Of a stretch of DNA of 64,000 nucleotides, positions 63,681 through 64,000 are shown one piece after another (positions within the stretch are counted from its first letter, which is position 1; every line of letters begins with the position of its first letter). Origin of the DNA: Psilocybe cubensis (lineage: Eukaryota); NCBI GenBank assembly GCA_017499595.2, contig CM039006.1, forward strand, positions 3,038,001 to 3,102,000. Reading direction: 5' to 3'. A model generated the notes under the pieces. It was not told the origin of the DNA and did no database searches. It saw only the letters and a list, made by a program, of their open reading frames with translations. The translations under genes and the position numbers were made by a program.

Positions 63681-64000
63681 ATTCTTAGAAGGAATGTTCT
63701 AGACATCCGATGACAGCGCGTGAAGTGATGCTGTGCAGCTGTCATGTATCTTACCGACTATCACAAATCTGTCAATGTTTATTGTCAAGTTAGACAGGTC
63801 TCTGATGAACAGAGTGTCACGGGTCAATGTGGCACATGGTAACCTGTCAAAAGTGGATCCAACACTTTTGTTCTTTGACATCGTGGGTTATTGACTGTGA
63901 TGTGAATCACATGGATATAGATTACTCTGGTTACGTGGCTCCGAGTAACCGCGACATGGGAATATTCACATGTCAAGAGTATAAATAGCTTACCTGGGTC

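Larger units (their letters stand above)
59136..64000 (-). mobile_element. Endonuclease-less Penelope-like retroelement, copy 2 (4403-nt period; continues past the window end)
   Basis: Same layout as copy 1. The period is 10 nt shorter, which matches one fewer TTTAGGG repeat plus one codon deletion. Confidence 0.92.

Overview
Eukaryotic, intron-rich DNA. Short GT-AG introns with CTAAC/CTAAT branch sites and the gene families present point to an agaricomycete (mushroom-forming) fungus, and the window probably lies close to a chromosome end on its right side. Positions 1-54 kb are repeat-rich and gene-poor. They hold several multi-exon membrane-protein paralogues, one conserved FHA-domain STRIPAK gene (Far9/Far10/SLMAP-like, 24402-28145), a divergent forkhead gene with a decayed tandem copy, a CACTG-ended foldback MITE and a nested inverted duplication spanning about 39 kb (A-B-C ... 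C'-B'-A'). From 54021 to the end lies a head-to-tail array of endonuclease-less Penelope-like (Coprina-type) retroelements on the minus strand, joined to a truncated host gene. Each unit carries five notable parts. (1) An intact 1176-1177 aa ORF1-RT frame. (2) A type I hammerhead ribozyme whose predicted cut lies 111 nt upstream of the start codon. (3) A 61-nt GC-AG intron, stop-free in the RT frame, whose removal would give a separate basic-tailed ORF1 protein. (4) A hairpin built on tandem G.A pairs next to a GTTTAGGG start site. (5) An internal telomere-like tract where the next unit is joined. The layout fits, by inference, rolling-circle reverse transcription of a ribozyme-processed circular RNA onto a chromosome end. 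All calls come from manual reading; no database searches were run.
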